Source: Candidatus Dormiibacterota bacterium | GTDB taxonomy: Bacteria; Acidobacteriota; Polarisedimenticolia; Gp22-AA2 | NCBI GenBank assembly: GCA_035635555.1 | Contig: DASQAT010000046.1 | Location: forward strand, 320,075 to 384,074 | Direction: 5' to 3' | DNA: 64,000 nucleotides | In this document: positions 63,363 to 64,000 of the stretch, piece after piece | Numbering within the stretch: position 1 is the first letter of the stretch | Layout: every line of letters starts with the position of its first letter | Notes under the pieces: generated by a model | Told to the model about the DNA's origin: nothing | What the model saw: the letters and a program-made list of their open reading frames with translations, nothing else | The model's database searches: none | Made by a program: the position numbers and the translations under genes

Positions 63363-63550
63363 GCCGCAACAAGACACGGAACGAGGCGGGAGGCCGTCGG
63401 ATCTACGAGACGCCTGCTCTCAGACGCGTGCGCCTGGTACCCGACGAGGCAGTCCTCGCTTCTTGCAAAAACAATGCAACCGCCGGTCCGGCTGGTCCGA
63501 TCCAGAAGTGCGCGACCAACCCGGCAGTGTGTTCCCACAGTGCCAGCTGA
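63359..63550 (+). CDS. Putative RiPP precursor peptide (63 aa): MSRNKTRNEAGGRRIYETPALRRVRLVPDEAVLASCKNNATAGPAGPIQKCATNPAVCSHSAS
   Basis: The ATG overlaps the rSAM stop (ATGA). The leader carries a YxxPxL motif (YETPAL) typical of RRE-bound leaders. The Cys-containing C-terminal core is C-x14-C-x6-C and ends in ...HSAS. Confidence 0.6.
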   Translation: MSRNKTRNEAGGRRIYETPALRRVRLVPDEAVLASCKNNATAGPAGPIQKCATNPAVCSHSAS

Positions 63551-64000
63551 CGGCGGCCGTCCCCTCATTCTCGAGATCGCCCGCATCGGGCTCGAGGTGC
63601 GCACGGCCGATCCCGCCCTGCGCCTCGTCGCCGAGCCGGCGCACCTGCCGTTCCTGGCGGAGGCCACGGTCGAAGACTGCGCCTCCGTCACCCTCGGACC
63701 CGCGTCCCGTCGCCAGGCTCGCAAGCCCTCCGGCAAGACTCTGTTCGAGACCGGCTCGGTCTGGCGTCTCGAGGAGGTCGGCGACAACCGGCTTCTGACA
63801 TTCCGCTCGCCGCTGTTCGGAAAAGACCCCTACCTGTCGGTCGAGTTCGACCGGGAGTACGCCCGGGGCGAGGGCGAGACACTCGTGGGCGGCCCGATCC
63901 TGGCCGCTGGAGAGCTGCACCCCTTCGTCTATCCGTTCGACGAAGTCGTGTTCCTGGCGCGGCTGTCGCGCGAGAGGGGCGTCCTGGTGCATGCCTGCGG
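63540..64000 (+). CDS. Partial ORF (runs off window end), candidate HprK-related kinase A-like protein
   Basis: Open frame with no stop from at least 63474 to the window end. It encodes ...LILEIARIGLEVRTADPALRLVAEPAHLPF...LHPFVYPFDEVVFLARLSRERGVLVHACG, which resembles the region preceding the P-loop of HprK-family kinases. The start is uncertain (GTG 63540 or ATG 63474). It is truncated and so absent from the ORF track. Confidence 0.35.
   Translation, partial: MPADGGRPLILEIARIGLEVRTADPALRLVAEPAHLPFLAEATVEDCASVTLGPASRRQARKPSGKTLFETGSVWRLEEVGDNRLLTFRSPLFGKDPYLSVEFDREYARGEGETLVGGPILAAGELHPFVYPFDEVVFLARLSRERGVLVHAC

Noticed and set aside
63359-63550. Lasso-peptide interpretation of the precursor.
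   Set aside because: The putative core has no Asp/Glu to form the macrolactam, and no lasso B2 or C genes lie within the window. An rSAM/SPASM enzyme occupies the maturase position instead. Lasso genes further downstream cannot be excluded.

Overview
This is a high-GC (about 68-70%) bacterial chromosomal segment that is densely coding on both strands. I recognise about 48 protein-coding genes and no rRNA, tRNA, CRISPR array or obvious mobile element. The gene content suggests an Acidobacteria-like diderm. The markers are an Oar-type TonB-dependent receptor with a carboxypeptidase-regulatory N-terminal domain, LptE and a fused LptF/LptG, and a RomR-like regulator together with an MglA-like GTPase. 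Most genes are housekeeping. They include valS, nadC-birA-coaX, comEC, der, glnA-glnE, trpS-scpA-scpB-rluB-hisC, rpsA-ihfB, miaB and parAB. A long minus-strand array carries leuS-lptE-holA-guaA-dnaE-metK-ahcY. The most unusual region is at the 3' end (60.5-64 kb). It holds a tightly overlapped five-gene RiPP-like locus: a nucleotidyltransferase, a PqqD-like RRE, a radical-SAM/SPASM enzyme, a 63-aa Cys-containing precursor peptide ending in Ser, and a truncated HprK-related-kinase-like ORF. That is, HPr-rel-A-type accessory genes normally seen with lasso peptides are combined with a radical SAM maturase. Other notable items are an MglA-type GTPase with a ~240-aa acidic repeat-containing C-terminal extension, an exported AMMECR1-like protein whose conserved Cys is replaced, an LptF-LptG fusion, an SPFH-AlkP-TPR membrane protein and a cNMP-binding/FHA protein. 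Many long ORFs in the six-frame track are antisense or out-of-frame artefacts of the GC-rich sequence. The track translates GTG starts as M, so several true starts are internal.
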